DNA of 64,000 bases, taken from assembly GCA_010015805.1 (NCBI GenBank), contig ML978121.1:3286001-3350000 (forward strand), in the 5' to 3' direction. Below are positions 1-12,309 of the stretch, in pieces. Each line of letters begins with the position of its first letter. Position 1 is the first letter of the stretch. Under the pieces are notes generated by a model. It worked only from the letters and a program-made list of their open reading frames with translations, ran no database searches and had not been told where the DNA came from. The translations under genes were made by a program, and so were the position numbers. The DNA is from Rhizodiscina lignyota (taxonomy: Eukaryota).

Positions 1-1058
1 GTCCTGATCAAGTGCGGATATTCTAACTCTTTCATCAGTTTGAGCATTTCCACTTCCTTTCCAGCTTGGTCGTTAAGCTCTTCCTTATTCATTTGCGGTT
101 TCAATATCTTGACTGCAACGCGCGGGTGTCCCTCAGATTCGGCTAGATTAAACTGGAAGCCATTAGCTTATCTTTTACCACCATCAATTTACCCCCCCCC
201 CCCCAAAAGGTTTCATACAATAATATCATGTTGAAGATAATCTCGATGTATCCTGCGTTCCTTCACCTCGCTGAACTGTGTGCTGGCAGTGATGTTATCC
301 CTGGTATCTACGAATGGGAGGCGAGTGTTCTTAGAAAAACTGTACTCGAATTTCTCTTTCTGGAATACTGGTGCCAAGAATAGGTGTTGATAGCGCATGA
401 ATTGCTGGCCCCGGCCCGACGTCAATGAATCTAAGCTTAAAGTACCAAGGGGGTCGTTGGTACACTCAGATTCAGCAGTCGAAGTCTGATTTTCCTTGTC
501 CCATTTCAGGCTAATGGGTAGTGTGCTGTCATCTATTCCTCGTTTGTGGAACCAATGGATCAACTCCAGACTGCATTCAGCCAAGACGATGGTTGCGAAT
601 ATCTTGGTCGCCTTCCCGCAAATGAACTCCATCAGATCTCCAATCGTTGATTTCTTTTCGCACTGTTCTTTCGACTTGTATGACGCTTTCGATTCGAATG
701 ACTCTAAGACCTCCTTCACGGCTGGTTCTGACAGGACATCTCGCAAGCTCTTCTCTGGAATGATGCCAGGAGGAGGCAAGAGTCCATCGTCATCACATGA
801 TGGTTCAAGAATGTCCTGGATCTTGTCTCTCAATCGTTGCATTGGATCCATATCGGAATTGTTAGTGTTCCTACGACTAAATAACGTCGTTGTCGTTGTC
901 CACGACAGTGATCGGCCGAATACAGTGACTCGTGAGCCGCCGGTGGAATTTCTTCGTAGCCAGGGAAGGCTATTGAGTTCTTGATTCTGCTCTTGTTTGT
1001 CTTCACCATCAACTTCGGAGTGAAAAGGTCGTCCTGGCCTTTGCGTTGTCGGAACCAC
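1..1058 (-). CDS. Fungal Ser/Thr protein kinase with N-terminal 'KIFAxLV...LP...APVF' domain; 3' part runs off the window start
   Basis: ORF 213-1058, then intron 218-153 (GTATGA...GCTAAT...CAG). The next exon reads FNLAESEGHPRVAVKILK...KEVEMLKLMKELEYPHLIR (kinase subdomains II-IV). The start codon is uncertain. Confidence 0.8.
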
Positions 1059-2115
1059 TTCTTTAACGCCTGCGATCCACGTTTAGTGTGAGACTCTTCA
1101 GGTTTCAGAACAAAGCAGAAGCCATATAGTCTAAGATAAGACGACTGAGGTGTACCTGTAGTTTAGAATAAACTCCATTGTCTCGCTCAGATGGAGGTCC
1201 CATTGTCTTTTGTCAAGAGAACCAAGCGTCTGTGGGTTTCTTGCCAACTCGGGTGGGCCACGTTGACATGTTGTTCTCGACTCATCTTGCTAGGGAGAAG
1301 ATGCAGGAGCTGGGAACAAGGGTGACGGCGAAGCTGCAGCACATGACGAGTGAATGGAGCAAACGAAGCAGTTGAACGATGTCGTTGGTCGTCAACCGAC
1401 TTCTTGGCACTGTCATTCACTGAGGACACAAAACCCAGCTCATCGAAACTCTTGAAACCAATATTGGCCTGGAAGCTCACCGGATCCACATATTTCTGCA
1501 GGCAATTACCACTCCGGGCCCACATTTTCGGTCGGCAAGTCGGTCTCTCATTGATCAAGTTAAGATGTAGATACTTGTGCAAGCAGCCGTTTGCGGCGAA
1601 ATTTAGACCTCGCAGTCACCGGTCAACCGAGTTCGGGCATTGCAGCTAGAATCCTAGTCGAAGGTTAACGCCAGCTACCACATGCACCAGTATTCATAGA
1701 GGGCTCCCCACCAACAGTCATCATACCTGTTCTGTGGCTGGCTGTCACGAAACACTTGACACTTGTCTCGGTTCAGTACATCTTTCGAGACGACCCGTCC
1801 TTCCCGAGAGCTTTTGAGCCGCAAGATACGGACCCTTGTTCTTTCTATTTCACTATTGACCTCCTAGATGGTCTGTTCAAAGCATGCTAAGCATATATGT
1901 GACATTGACTTCATGGTAATACTTTTATGGTCCAATCCTCCCTCAAGGATGTTTCACGATTGGCAATAGATACCGAGATGGAGCTCGACTTGGGAGTGTT
2001 GCCGTTGACTAGTTGTCCGTCGTGCGCGATGATTTAGTGAAACAGTTCAGGCATTTAACAGAGTTAACACTTCCCCTTCTCAAGAAAGGAACATGATAAT
2101 CTACCGTGTTGTCAA

Positions 2116-2483
2116 ATGTCTACATCCTCCCAAGATGCGGGCCAGGTGAAAAAAAGCCATTTTGTCTTCTGCGACGGCACATGGCAGGATGGCGTCGACA
2201 ACAAAAAGCCTTTGACAAACGTGACGACCCTTGCACGGTGCATCGAGAGAGTTTTCTTCTGACGGTTATCTCCAAATTGCTTATTATGACAACGATATCC
2301 GTAATGGAACAGCATACGGGCTCAACTCATTGACGGAGCCATTGGTAGAGGTGAAAACGAACCTCTTATCCAGATTTGAGAGCTGCTAACACTTGGCTTG
2401 TAGGTATATCCGGGAAGATTAGAAACTCCTACAGTGTTCTGTCGCATAATTATAATTTCGCAAATCAGAATGACGAGATCTTT
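2116..2483 (+). pseudogene. Truncated, frameshifted DUF2235 (Tle1-like alpha/beta hydrolase) gene remnant
   Basis: Manual translation: MSTSSQDAGQVKKSHFVFCDGTWQDGVDNKKPLTNVTTLARCIERV /frameshift/ SDGYLQIAYYDNDIRNGTAY /frameshift/ AQLIDGAIGR|GISGKIRNSYSVLSHNYNFANQNDEIF, with intron 2351-2403 (GT...GCTAAC...TAG). Similarity stops just before the expected GFSRG motif. Confidence 0.8.
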
Positions 2484-3241
2484 CCTAAAAGAAGAACTTC
2501 AGTTTGAGGGAAACTAATTGCGCCGATCGCAAAATATTCACCTCAACTTCGGCAGCAAATTTATATCATTCCTCTTCCCTTTGTTACGGTGCCAGTGATC
2601 TCTTGCTGTGATAGAACTCTCATAGGGACTAAGAAGCTCAAGGGCCACGGGTGCAAATGACAGCAGCAAGTGGAGCAGCGCGACAGAGGCGGCGAGGGAA
2701 AGTTTGACCAGTTCTCCCGCACATTTGGCGGTTTTTGAACTCTGATCCATGAGACTTCAAGGCGTCCTTCAGCCTTCAGTGGCCGGCTGGCACCGCTCTT
2801 GATTTTGGTGTGGCTACAAGCAGACTTTATTCGTCATCAAAACAGGCAACAGTCGCTTCTTAGATGGTGTTACAAGCATCTCGAACCCGCTCCAATCGAA
2901 AATGAGAGCTCTACAAGGAGATGGACAATGGTGCGGGGTTTCCGGTCAACACAGCCTGCTTCTCAATGCCGTCAATACGAGTGGCCGGCTTTGGCAACGT
3001 ACATTATCCCAGCCGCTAGGCGAGCGGTCAAATACTGCCATTGGATATATACCAGTGCCTTTGGAAGGGATTGAATGGCTTAACTGCTTCTTCTGCTCTG
3101 CACCAAAGTGGCGTAAGAGAGCCTTATGAATTGATTACGATCCGAATGGTTAGTCGTCTCTTGCATGACCACTAGTACTATCTTTGGTTACCTTTAGATC
3201 AACATTCGCTGTGTTCCTAATCAAGGCGCGTGGAGTACACG

Positions 3242-4816
3242 ATGTCTTTGTTCGAAAAGGTCAAGGATCGCGTGCTGGAATGCCCTCTACGTGGAAAGAA
3301 GTTTCTACCACTGGATGCCCTGGACGAGATGATCACCACAGAGGCGGTTAAGGCCAATCTCCGAAAACGTACTCGCTGGTTAAACAGTGGTCTACCCGGA
3401 AAAATAGTGCAGCAAACGAGAAAGATTTTTGCGATCCTCGTGCTCATGAAAGAGTCTCCTTTCATCAACGACTTCCTAGCCTTGTTTGAAGAAGGACTCA
3501 GGGATGAGCATCTCCCACTCAAAACGAGAAAGGAAGACGACAGCGTTCTGGTATCTGAGAGCGGTAGAGAGTTTCACTCGTTCCGGCATTGGAACCCCTT
3601 CAAAGTTAATGCCTTCCTCGAGAAGCAATGGATTGTTCAGGCGCCGGTGTTTGACCTCGAGGGCAATCATATTGTCCTCGATCCAGAGTGTGCTTTACCA
3701 TTACTCGAAAATTTCAAACAAATAGGTGGTGGGCAAGCTAGTGCAGTTTACAAGGCAGTGCTCCATAAAAATCATCAGAGATTCGCCGTGAGTATTATTT
3801 TCCCTACCCAATCTTACCGGAGCTAATTCCCGAAGACCCAAGGAACGGAAGTTCCAGTTGCCGTAAAAATGCTCAATTGTCTGGGCGAAAAGGAAGTAGA
3901 GAGCTTCAACCAAGAAAGGGACAACTTGGAAAGGGTCCAAAAGCTCCACCATGAACATCTCATCAAACACATCACAATCTGTCAGGGCAAGCCTCATTCC
4001 TTTGTTTTGTTTCCGCTGGCTGAAGGCGGAGCCCTCTCGGACTTCTGGAAGAATGAGGATTCTCGACCACGAAACACAGAGCTCTTCTCGTGGTCTTTCC
4101 GTCAAATGCTTGGCCTCTCCAGTGCCCTCCAAGCTCTTCACGAGTTGAATTGCCGCCACGGCGATCTTAAACCTGACAACATTCTCAACTTTAAGAATGG
4201 TCATGGGGAGGATGTCTTGGTGGTTGCAGACCTTGGCGTGTCGAAGATTCATGCAGTTGCAACCGACTTAAGAAAAGATCCAACGAGAACAACAGCTACC
4301 ACGCGCGCATACGAGAGCCCCGAGGTTTTCGAGTCTGACAGTGAGGACCTACCGAGGAGGCGCAGATTCGATATCTGGTCTATCGGCTGTATATTTTTAG
4401 AGTTTTCAATCTGGCTCCTGTACGATAACAAGGCAATCTCTTGCTTTGAACGAAACAGAGAAGCGCCAGACCACAGCTTCTACAAGCGCACGGAAGGGGG
4501 GCGGGCGATTGTCCATCCAAAGGTCTCTGAAGCTATGGAGGCTGTACGAGAGGATCCACGATGCAAAGGCGGGACTGCGCTGGAAGATCTGATCAATCTC
4601 ATTGATAAGCACCTTCTCCAGATCAAGGCGGAAAGCCGCTATTCCGCCCAACAGTTGCATGACAGGCTTCAAGCGATAGTCCAAGGAGCAGCGGACGACC
4701 CTTCGTACCTGTTTAGACAGGTTGATCCCCATCCGACTACACCAGTAGTTTTCCAACGTTCCGAGTCGCTCTCGGGCCAAGGAACTCGAATTATTGGTGA
4801 CACCAGTGCCCTGTAG
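3242..4816 (+). CDS. Fungal Ser/Thr protein kinase with the same N-terminal domain as the gene at 1-1058
   Basis: Exons 3242-3787 and 3836-4816 join in frame (intron GTGAGT...GCTAAT...AAG). Motifs GGGQASAVY, VAVK, HGDLKPDN, DLG (in place of DFG), YESPE, DIWSIGCIFLE. Confidence 0.92.
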
Positions 4817-5587
4817 AACAACAATGGAATTTGAGACGGAGGGTTATCAAACAAGCCGAAAGTTTGACAGTCCCGAAAAGGCTTAGGGAGCCGGATTGGA
4901 CTCGACCTGAAATATAGCCACCGGAGAATCCTTGGAACTGGTTCGGGTTCTTCTGCAATAACGAGGCATTAAGGGCTCCAAGGAGGGCGGACCGTAATCT
5001 ATCGATTACCTACTTGCGCAGTCTCACATAAGGATACCTAACCATGAGCGGGAAGGACAATTAGCGTAGCGACACCAAAGTCAATGTAGACCAGTTATGG
5101 TTGGAGGGATGGAGTTGCGCAGGAAAATGCTGTCTCTACTGGTGAGGTTGGCCTGCAAAGCGGAGGTGTTATATATCCGTGCGCTAGCCTAATGAGGTTA
5201 CGATAGCGGCTGTGTCGCACATTCAGGGGCTAAAATGGAGGCGCCGTGATGATTAGTTTCGAACTTGCATCTGATGCTGTTAGCCTATGGATTATATCAC
5301 GTTCAATAGACCAACTAGTAAAAGGTTCTTGAATCCATGATACTGTTCGTGCAGTTCGATAGTGGTCCGAGAGCTTTGGGCTGAGAACTCATAGCCCTAA
5401 GCTGTGCCACGCAGCCACATACAACATGGAAGTGAAAGGGAAGAACTGCTGCATCTTGTGTGTTGGTTATCGTATGGGTAGGGGCCGTTACTCACGCAGT
5501 CGTGGCAGTGTATCGACGAGGCTGAAACATATATAAGTATATCAACCTCGATTCCTTCCAGCATTTCCACATCGGAGTTTGACGACG

Positions 5588-7111
5588 ATGGCTTCAACAC
5601 CACACTCGTCCCTATTCACTTATAGTATCTCTAAGCCATATCCATTCCGATGGTTCACCCCAGTGGTCGCAATCGGCTTTCTCGTCTTCGCTACGCTATT
5701 CTCCGTCATCAACTTCGTTTCCAACGGCTACAGTCTCACTGTTGTGCTTGTTTCAAATCCGAATGTAACGGTCACGAGTAACGACTGGTTTAAACGCTGG
5801 CCTTCCTTCCTGACGAGCAGAACTCAACCGACATGTCAACCCGTCAGTCTGCCAGTGGGGAGTCAAATATTTACGAACCAAACAGCTCTAACGTATACAA
5901 TCGCCGCTGTGTGGCTACCCGATCATGCTCCATCCGGCGGAGGGACCGTGTTACCGTCATTGGAATATCACAACAACGTGCTTGAGAACTGCTCCGTCAC
6001 AGCTGTTGAGATCGACCTTTCGGCCATGGACCGGAATGCAAACCAGTTCGGATACGCCGAATGGGGCGCAGTCGTACGATCGTTCATCACTTGTGCAGTG
6101 CAAGGCCGAAATCGCACAGCAATGCTGAACTTGACGCAAGAGTATGACTACATCCCCACAACGATCGGCTTCCCGCCACTCAACGACTCGTTTCTCGGCA
6201 CCAACTTCTTGGATAGAGACAAGCAGTCAAAGGCGTGCCTCTGGTGGGGCGAGTCGCTCCTCTCAACATACTACTGCGAGTTGTCCTGGCAAATGCAGCT
6301 CAATCGACAGAATCAAACCGACACCGGGGGATCGGCGATACGCAAAGGGACCATATCCTTCACGCCGAATGATAAATCAAGCTCGGATATTGAAAACTCT
6401 GGCTTCCTGGACATTGATTTTCGATTCATTGTGGACGAAGGCTCTGGGTTATACGATATAATCGCTCCCGGGAATTATTTCGAAAACAAAGACAGCGCAA
6501 CGGTTGCAGGCCTAGTTGCCCAAAAGGCGTATCCAAATATCTGGAAATCGGCGGATTCTCTCGCAAAATCAGCTCAATCTACCGTTCTGGTCGACTTGGG
6601 CCAAGCCTCTGAGGTGCCGAATATTCTAACGAATGCTTCCGCTCTGAGAGATTTCACTTCCGGGTTTCCTACCTCACTTCACGCAAACATGCTCCCTGGA
6701 CCTGCTACCAAGCCGTACGAGAGCCTCAAAGACACAACTGGCCCTCTCACAGTTACGCCATCAGTGATCAGTACCGAATACATCTGCCAGGTCCCACAAC
6801 GAAAGTCCGCAGGCATGCTAATTGTCGCTATATTCATAGCCGATCTGGTATTTCTTCAAGCGCTGTGGATCGTCTTCCGACTGGTCGTTGACCACTTCTT
6901 CCTCAGAAGGATACCAGGTGCAGGATACTGCGAGGGCTGCGCGCCGCAATCACGAGCCAAGTACAGCGCAGTATCACCGGATACTCCTGTAGCATATTCC
7001 AGCCAGATTGAATTAACTCCCTTGGCGAGGACGAGCACGATCGATACCAGGCTAGTTCGCAAGCATATGAGCGAACAGAGCTTACTCCGCCGAGAGAGTT
7101 CCCAAGGATAA
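5588..7111 (+). CDS. Hypothetical fungal membrane protein (two TM helices, large N-glycosylated loop)
   Basis: Single long ORF. N-terminal YSISKPYPFRWFTP plus a hydrophobic helix; C-terminal YICQVP plus a hydrophobic helix; many NxS/T sites. Confidence 0.8.
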   Translation: MASTPHSSLFTYSISKPYPFRWFTPVVAIGFLVFATLFSVINFVSNGYSLTVVLVSNPNVTVTSNDWFKRWPSFLTSRTQPTCQPVSLPVGSQIFTNQTALTYTIAAVWLPDHAPSGGGTVLPSLEYHNNVLENCSVTAVEIDLSAMDRNANQFGYAEWGAVVRSFITCAVQGRNRTAMLNLTQEYDYIPTTIGFPPLNDSFLGTNFLDRDKQSKACLWWGESLLSTYYCELSWQMQLNRQNQTDTGGSAIRKGTISFTPNDKSSSDIENSGFLDIDFRFIVDEGSGLYDIIAPGNYFENKDSATVAGLVAQKAYPNIWKSADSLAKSAQSTVLVDLGQASEVPNILTNASALRDFTSGFPTSLHANMLPGPATKPYESLKDTTGPLTVTPSVISTEYICQVPQRKSAGMLIVAIFIADLVFLQALWIVFRLVVDHFFLRRIPGAGYCEGCAPQSRAKYSAVSPDTPVAYSSQIELTPLARTSTIDTRLVRKHMSEQSLLRRESSQG

Positions 7112-7423
7112 TTCGCCAGCGGCCGCCAGGCCATTTGCGAGAATTACAGACTGTCACATAAGCGCTTATACTCGCCGCCTCGATCGAGCGCTTCGGGTCG
7201 ACGTGAAGATGCGCCCAGCCATGTGTACCACTCGAAGCCACGCGGTAGCACAAGCGCGCTCTCCAGGAAGGGCGATTTGCGCCCGGATCCGCATATAAGA
7301 CTCCCCCACAGCCCTCCACCAGGGGCAAACGTGGTCACATCTCGAGTTGTGTCTTGAATCTGCTAAGCAGTTCTTTAATCGCCCAGTCTGCTACCCTCTT
7401 ATGAGTTCTCATAGACCCTTATC

Positions 7424-8402
7424 ATGACAAAGCACAAATCAGCATTGCCAGCGCTCAAAGTACCCGCAACCCTCTGGCTCCAGTGCGGCGGCGACGGCCC
7501 CGCTCCGACATTTAAGCAGTTCGAGCAGATGGAGAAGGGGGATTGGTCCTTGTACGAGAAGGAACATGTTCCGAAGGAGAAGCGCGGATGTGGCTGGCGC
7601 GAGGACTTGACGTTGCTGTTCCCGATGGGCGTGCGAAGGCTCCAGATGGAGGCTGATAGGATAAAGGTTGTGAGTAGGGTGCAGAAGGCCTTCGCGGAGG
7701 AGGCGAAGAAGGACAAGGAGGAGAAGAAAGAGAAGGGAGAGGAGAAGAAGAAAAAGAGCGCCGAGGCAGAGGGCAAAGGAGAAGACGACGGCAAAAAGGC
7801 TATGCAGAAAGAAATCAGGAAGTTGAAGCAGCAGAACAAAACTCTTCGCGCCGCGCTTAATAAGGCCCTCTCTGATGACGAAGACGACGAAGAACCCTCA
7901 GGGGGTGAAGGCAAAAAACCAGGACCCAAATCTGAAGGTGAGTTTCAAACCACGCCCACCAGTGCAGTTTATATGACTGAATAACTTAGGAAGCGACAGC
8001 GGAGGCTCCGATACCACCACCTCCAGTTCCGGGTCTGGCTCCGATTCTGAAGGGCTCGTCGTCGAAAAGAAAAAGCGCAAAGACAAAAAGAGTGCGCATC
8101 CTTACGTAGTCGATCCTCACGTCGTCGTCGTGCCTCATGAAGGGAGCGCGCCGAGCTGGCGCCACGTCCCTGCGCCGCCGGGCGCGAAGATAAAGCGGAG
8201 GAAGAAGTTGATGCTTGCAAACCCGGAGGTGGAGGTTGTCGAGGTCGTAGAAGAAGTGGAGGATGAAGGGGTGAGTGATGCCCCTGCAATACTCTTTTTG
8301 GAAGGGAGTTATGTTGGCGATGTGCGCTCTATAAGCCAGCGGAGGCACAGGCGGATGGAGGAAGCGGCTGCTGGGCTGTGGATGAGTGGAGCAAATGGAT
8401 GA
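7424..8402 (+). CDS. Hypothetical Lys/Glu-rich low-complexity protein
   Basis: ORF 7424 joined through intron 7938-7989 (GTGAGT...ACTGAA...TAG) reads in frame into ORF 8130-8402. Confidence 0.6.
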
Positions 8403-8627
8403 TGTAGGCTGACGAGTGTAAGACAGGGGAGATAGTACTGTTCCGGAGAAGGGAAACGTTTTGGAAGTAGAAGCATCAAAGAAGTAAATGTGACTTGAAA
8501 GAAGGTCAAAGTGTTGGAGTTGAATTGTGATCAAGAGCTTCTTGCTTCGAAGAAGCTGAAAATGATCTGAGAGTGCGGTCAAACAAACAAGAGGCATTGG
8601 GTATCTTCTCTTCGTGCGTCTAAAATG

Positions 8628-10258
8628 TCATACGGAGATCGTCTTGAATACACTATTTCTCATGTCAGTTGGAGGTTTCTGAGGGATTCGAGTCGCAATG
8701 GAGGCTTACCCAAACCCGCTACTACCCGTAGCCATCACCGCTCCGGGTATTTGAGGATGCCAATGTCCCTCCTTGACTCCTTCCATATAATGCACGAACA
8801 GCAACTGTGGAGGTACATCTTGTACCCCTGCAGTGTCTCTGCTCTCCTCATCGTCGAGCTCAACAGCCAAATCCCAGAGCGTCAGAGTATTATCCCCCGA
8901 TGCTGCCATGATGATACTGTCATCTGTGGGATGCCACTCCAGGCACGTTATTTGCTCCTTGTGGAATGAGAACGAAGCAACTGCTGTGGATTTTGGATTC
9001 GCTACGCTGGCAGTCGCGCCCTTGGTTTTGTTCGCTGCACTCGGTTTCCATTGTCGTAGATCCCATACTGCCCATTCTCCATCGTCCTGACCAGAAGCAA
9101 GTAGATAGTCCGTTAGATGGCTCCAGCTCATGACGTTTACATCGGTGTCTGATACCTGGACGCTCAGTGCTGGCTTCTTGCTTTTACTTCGAGTGTCAAA
9201 AATCTTGACGCATCCGTCAGTCCCACATGATGCAAAGACGTTTGGCTCGCTGCGAGACCACTGTATTTCTTCTACGGAGCCGGCATGTCCAGTATACGGA
9301 GTTGAGTCGGTTGCGAAGCTACCAGCTTCGTGTCTGGTAGTCTTGAAGATGCTTCCGGAATTGTCGCCAGTCAAAAGGGTGCCAGACGCGTGAGCTTGGT
9401 GTGGCGACCAGTCGAGTGCATATCCCTCGACGTTCTTATGAGCTCGCATTGTAGAAACTGGTTTGTTCGCGGACGGAGGTATACTGGTCCCAGGCGTGTC
9501 GAAGGAGGTGAGGTGTGAGGTAATGTCGTGGATGAGCACTTGGCCATTTTCCAGCATAGACGCTGTGAGAGTAGTTGGAGGTTGTGAAGAGGATGCTTGT
9601 GGACATTGGTGTGCTCGTATACGATTTGTAGTGGACGAGAGCGGGATTGCTTTATGTTCCAATATAGGATCCGCATCTTCGTCTTCTGACTCTGACTCGG
9701 ATTCTGATCCCTCTTGATCTTTGTCCGTTCTCGAGAGGCCGCTCAGCTTCATCACCATGAGTTTGTTCTCCTTCTCCCTCCGCACCTCTGCCTGTGTGCC
9801 AGCCACAGCATACATTGTTGCGGGGTAAGATTTTCGATTATCTCCCAGGCCATCTCTTATTATGTCTAGTGACAGACATGGCCATTCGGAACTGAGGTTA
9901 TGCTGCATGTGGTAGGTGGAAGGGTCCGCTATGAGCGTCTCGCCAGCAGCGAGCTTGTGTCGGCCGGGTATGAATGTGTCTTGGTCTACGTCCATTGCAC
10001 CTGTCCATGTGTGAGTTTTGGTGTTCAAATTGACAATTGTTATGATGCGCACAGACCTTCACGCTCTTCAGCTTCTCGCTCCTCATCCGGCCGGCCGTCA
10101 ACGCCAGCCTCTAATATCTCGTCATCTTCACTTTCGAATTCATCTTCAAACTCGTCCTCGAACTCCAAAGCCTCTTCACCATTTTCCTGCAATGGCCGCT
10201 CTCCAGACTTGAGGGCGCCAGGGCTGTCTTCCGACTGGTCAGCTGGTCGTTTGCTCAT
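8628..10258 (-). CDS. RRB1: Ribosome assembly WD40 protein Rrb1/GRWD1
   Basis: Acidic N-terminus, WPCLSLD, EGYALDWSP, GHAGSVEEIQWS, VPPQLLFVH and C-terminal GFGVFKTISV. Introns 10056-10001 and 8709-8653. Confidence 0.95.
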
Positions 10259-10329
10259 TTTGCCGGCGTGAGAAGGTTGATGAGATGTATTATGGGGTAT
10301 ATCACGGGCAATGAATCTATAACGCGCAC

Positions 10330-10342
10330 ATGGAAATTTTTT
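10330..10342 (-). promoter_or_regulatory. RRPE-like motif (AAAAAATTTCCAT) upstream of RRB1
   Basis: About 72 nt upstream of the RRB1 ATG. The same AAAATTTCCAT occurs at similar spacing upstream of RLP24. Confidence 0.55.
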
Positions 10343-11161
10343 GACTGCGCGTCACTGCCACTTGCGAAATTTCGCGGGGCAGTTCCGAACTTCTGCCGAC
10401 TAAGCCACGAGGCTTGATAAGATAAGATTGTGGGCCGCCAGCCAAGGTTGGAGGAATGTACAAAGTGCGAAGTAGTGGATCTACGATCTGCAACCAATTG
10501 ATCTTTCACTAGGGAGTTATACACCCGTAGTTCACTATATGTCAAGTGGATCTATCTGGATCGAATCTCTAAGATAATACACTGAGGGCCGAGAGCTCCT
10601 GTGCCAAAGCATCTCACTCGCCCAGATCACGCTCGACTCGCGATGGGGCGTGCCACCCCAGTGATTCGCGCTAACGCGCCTTGCATTAGCGCCGATTTAG
10701 CGCGGTGCGACCTGAGTTTGCGGCGAGTGGCAGCACGGCGAGTTTACTGTGGGCGTGCACTGTATTTTCCGCTTCATTTCCATCAACACGCACGTAAAGT
10801 CGCAACTGGTCACCCACCGTCAACCTCGCTCGCTTCGCCGCTACATAAACAACGCCGCCCTCTGCTATGGGTCTCTCCCTCCTCCACCTAACACCGCTCT
10901 AGCCCGCGACTTAGCTTGCTCCCGTCAACGCGACCTCGGATCGATTGGCTGGCGCTTGCTGACCATCGACTGAGGCTTGCGCTCTCCTATATCGAGCACA
11001 CTTCGCGACTTCACGCACCTCTTGGAGCTTTCACTTGAAGTCGACCTTGCATTTGATCTTGCGCTTCAATTCCACCTCTTGCACGCATAGGCGCAATCGG
11101 CGGCCCGCAGCCTCTCCATCTCAACTTCTATCAAGCACAACATTCCCACAATATCGCAACC

Positions 11162-12309
11162 ATGGAGATGGACCTCGACTCCGCCGCCTCCTCCTCTCAC
11201 GGAGAGCAGGACATCACCATCGTGAACGAGCAGTACCGCCGCAGCATTGGCCCGAACGATGACAGCATGGACGCTACCATCACTCCTGGCACTGCATACA
11301 CCAGCAACGGCCATCACGAACACCGCCCTCAGACTTCCTACTCCGACACTACCGGCGCGTTCTCTCGCTCCTATGCCTCTCACAGCGACGTCGAGAATGG
11401 CTATGCCGGCGGCAAGTCCACTTCGCGCCCCAGCTCGGGGCTCGGCATGCACGGCGACGGCCAGAACTACACTGCTCAACAGCAGATGTTGTTGCAGCAG
11501 GCTGAGGCCCAGCGCACAAAGGAGTCTGTCGTCCTCAAGGTCGGCATGGTTGGCGACGCTCAGATTGGCAAGACGAGCTTGATGGTCAAGTACGTGGAGG
11601 GAAGTTGGGACGAGGACTACATCCAGACACTTGGTAAGTTGGTACTCTGGCTCCTGCAGTGAACGTGTACTACTCTTAGCCTATTTGTTGTTGAAGGTGA
11701 CGAGTACGTTGTCGTTGATGATCCTAAAGGTGTGAACTTCATGGAGAAGACCATCACTATCCGCAATACCGAGGTCACCTTCTCCATCTGGGATCTCGGC
11801 GGCCAGCGCGAGTTCGTCAACATGCTGCCGCTCGTGTGCAACGACGCCGTCGCCATCCTCTTCATGTTCGACCTCACGCGCAAGAGCACGCTCAACAGCG
11901 TCAAGGAGTGGTACCGTCAGGGCCGTGGCTTCAACAAGACTGCCATCCCCTTCCTCGTTGGCACCAAATACGACCACTTCATCAACTTCCCGCGCGAGGA
12001 GCAGGAGGAGATCTCTCACCAGGTACGTGACTCCACTGCCACAGTGACCTCCGTGTGTGCATGCTAACGTCGCTGTCCAGGCGAAGCGTTTCGCTAAGGC
12101 TATGAAGGCCTCTCTCATCTTCAGCAGCACGTCGCACAGCATCAACGTGCAGAAGGTCAGTCCGCTTTCGCCCTCAAACCAATTGAACCATCTTTCTGAC
12201 AACGTCGTAGATCTTCAAGATCGTGCTGTCCAAGGCCTTCGACCTCCGCTGCACCATCCCGGAGATCGAGCACGTCGGCGAGCCTCTCTTACTCTATCAG
12301 TCTGTCTAA
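11162..12309 (+). CDS. SPG1: Septation/mitotic-exit GTPase Spg1/Tem1
   Basis: [58 protein letters not shown]. Three introns (11634-11729, about 12023-12080, about 12155-12210). Confidence 0.95.

Noticed and set aside
192..204. C13 homopolymer (G13 on the coding strand)
   Set aside because: Lies inside an intron; a simple microsatellite with no evidence of function.
1178..1650. Overlapping small ORFs upstream of the first kinase
   Set aside because: No recognisable family in any frame.
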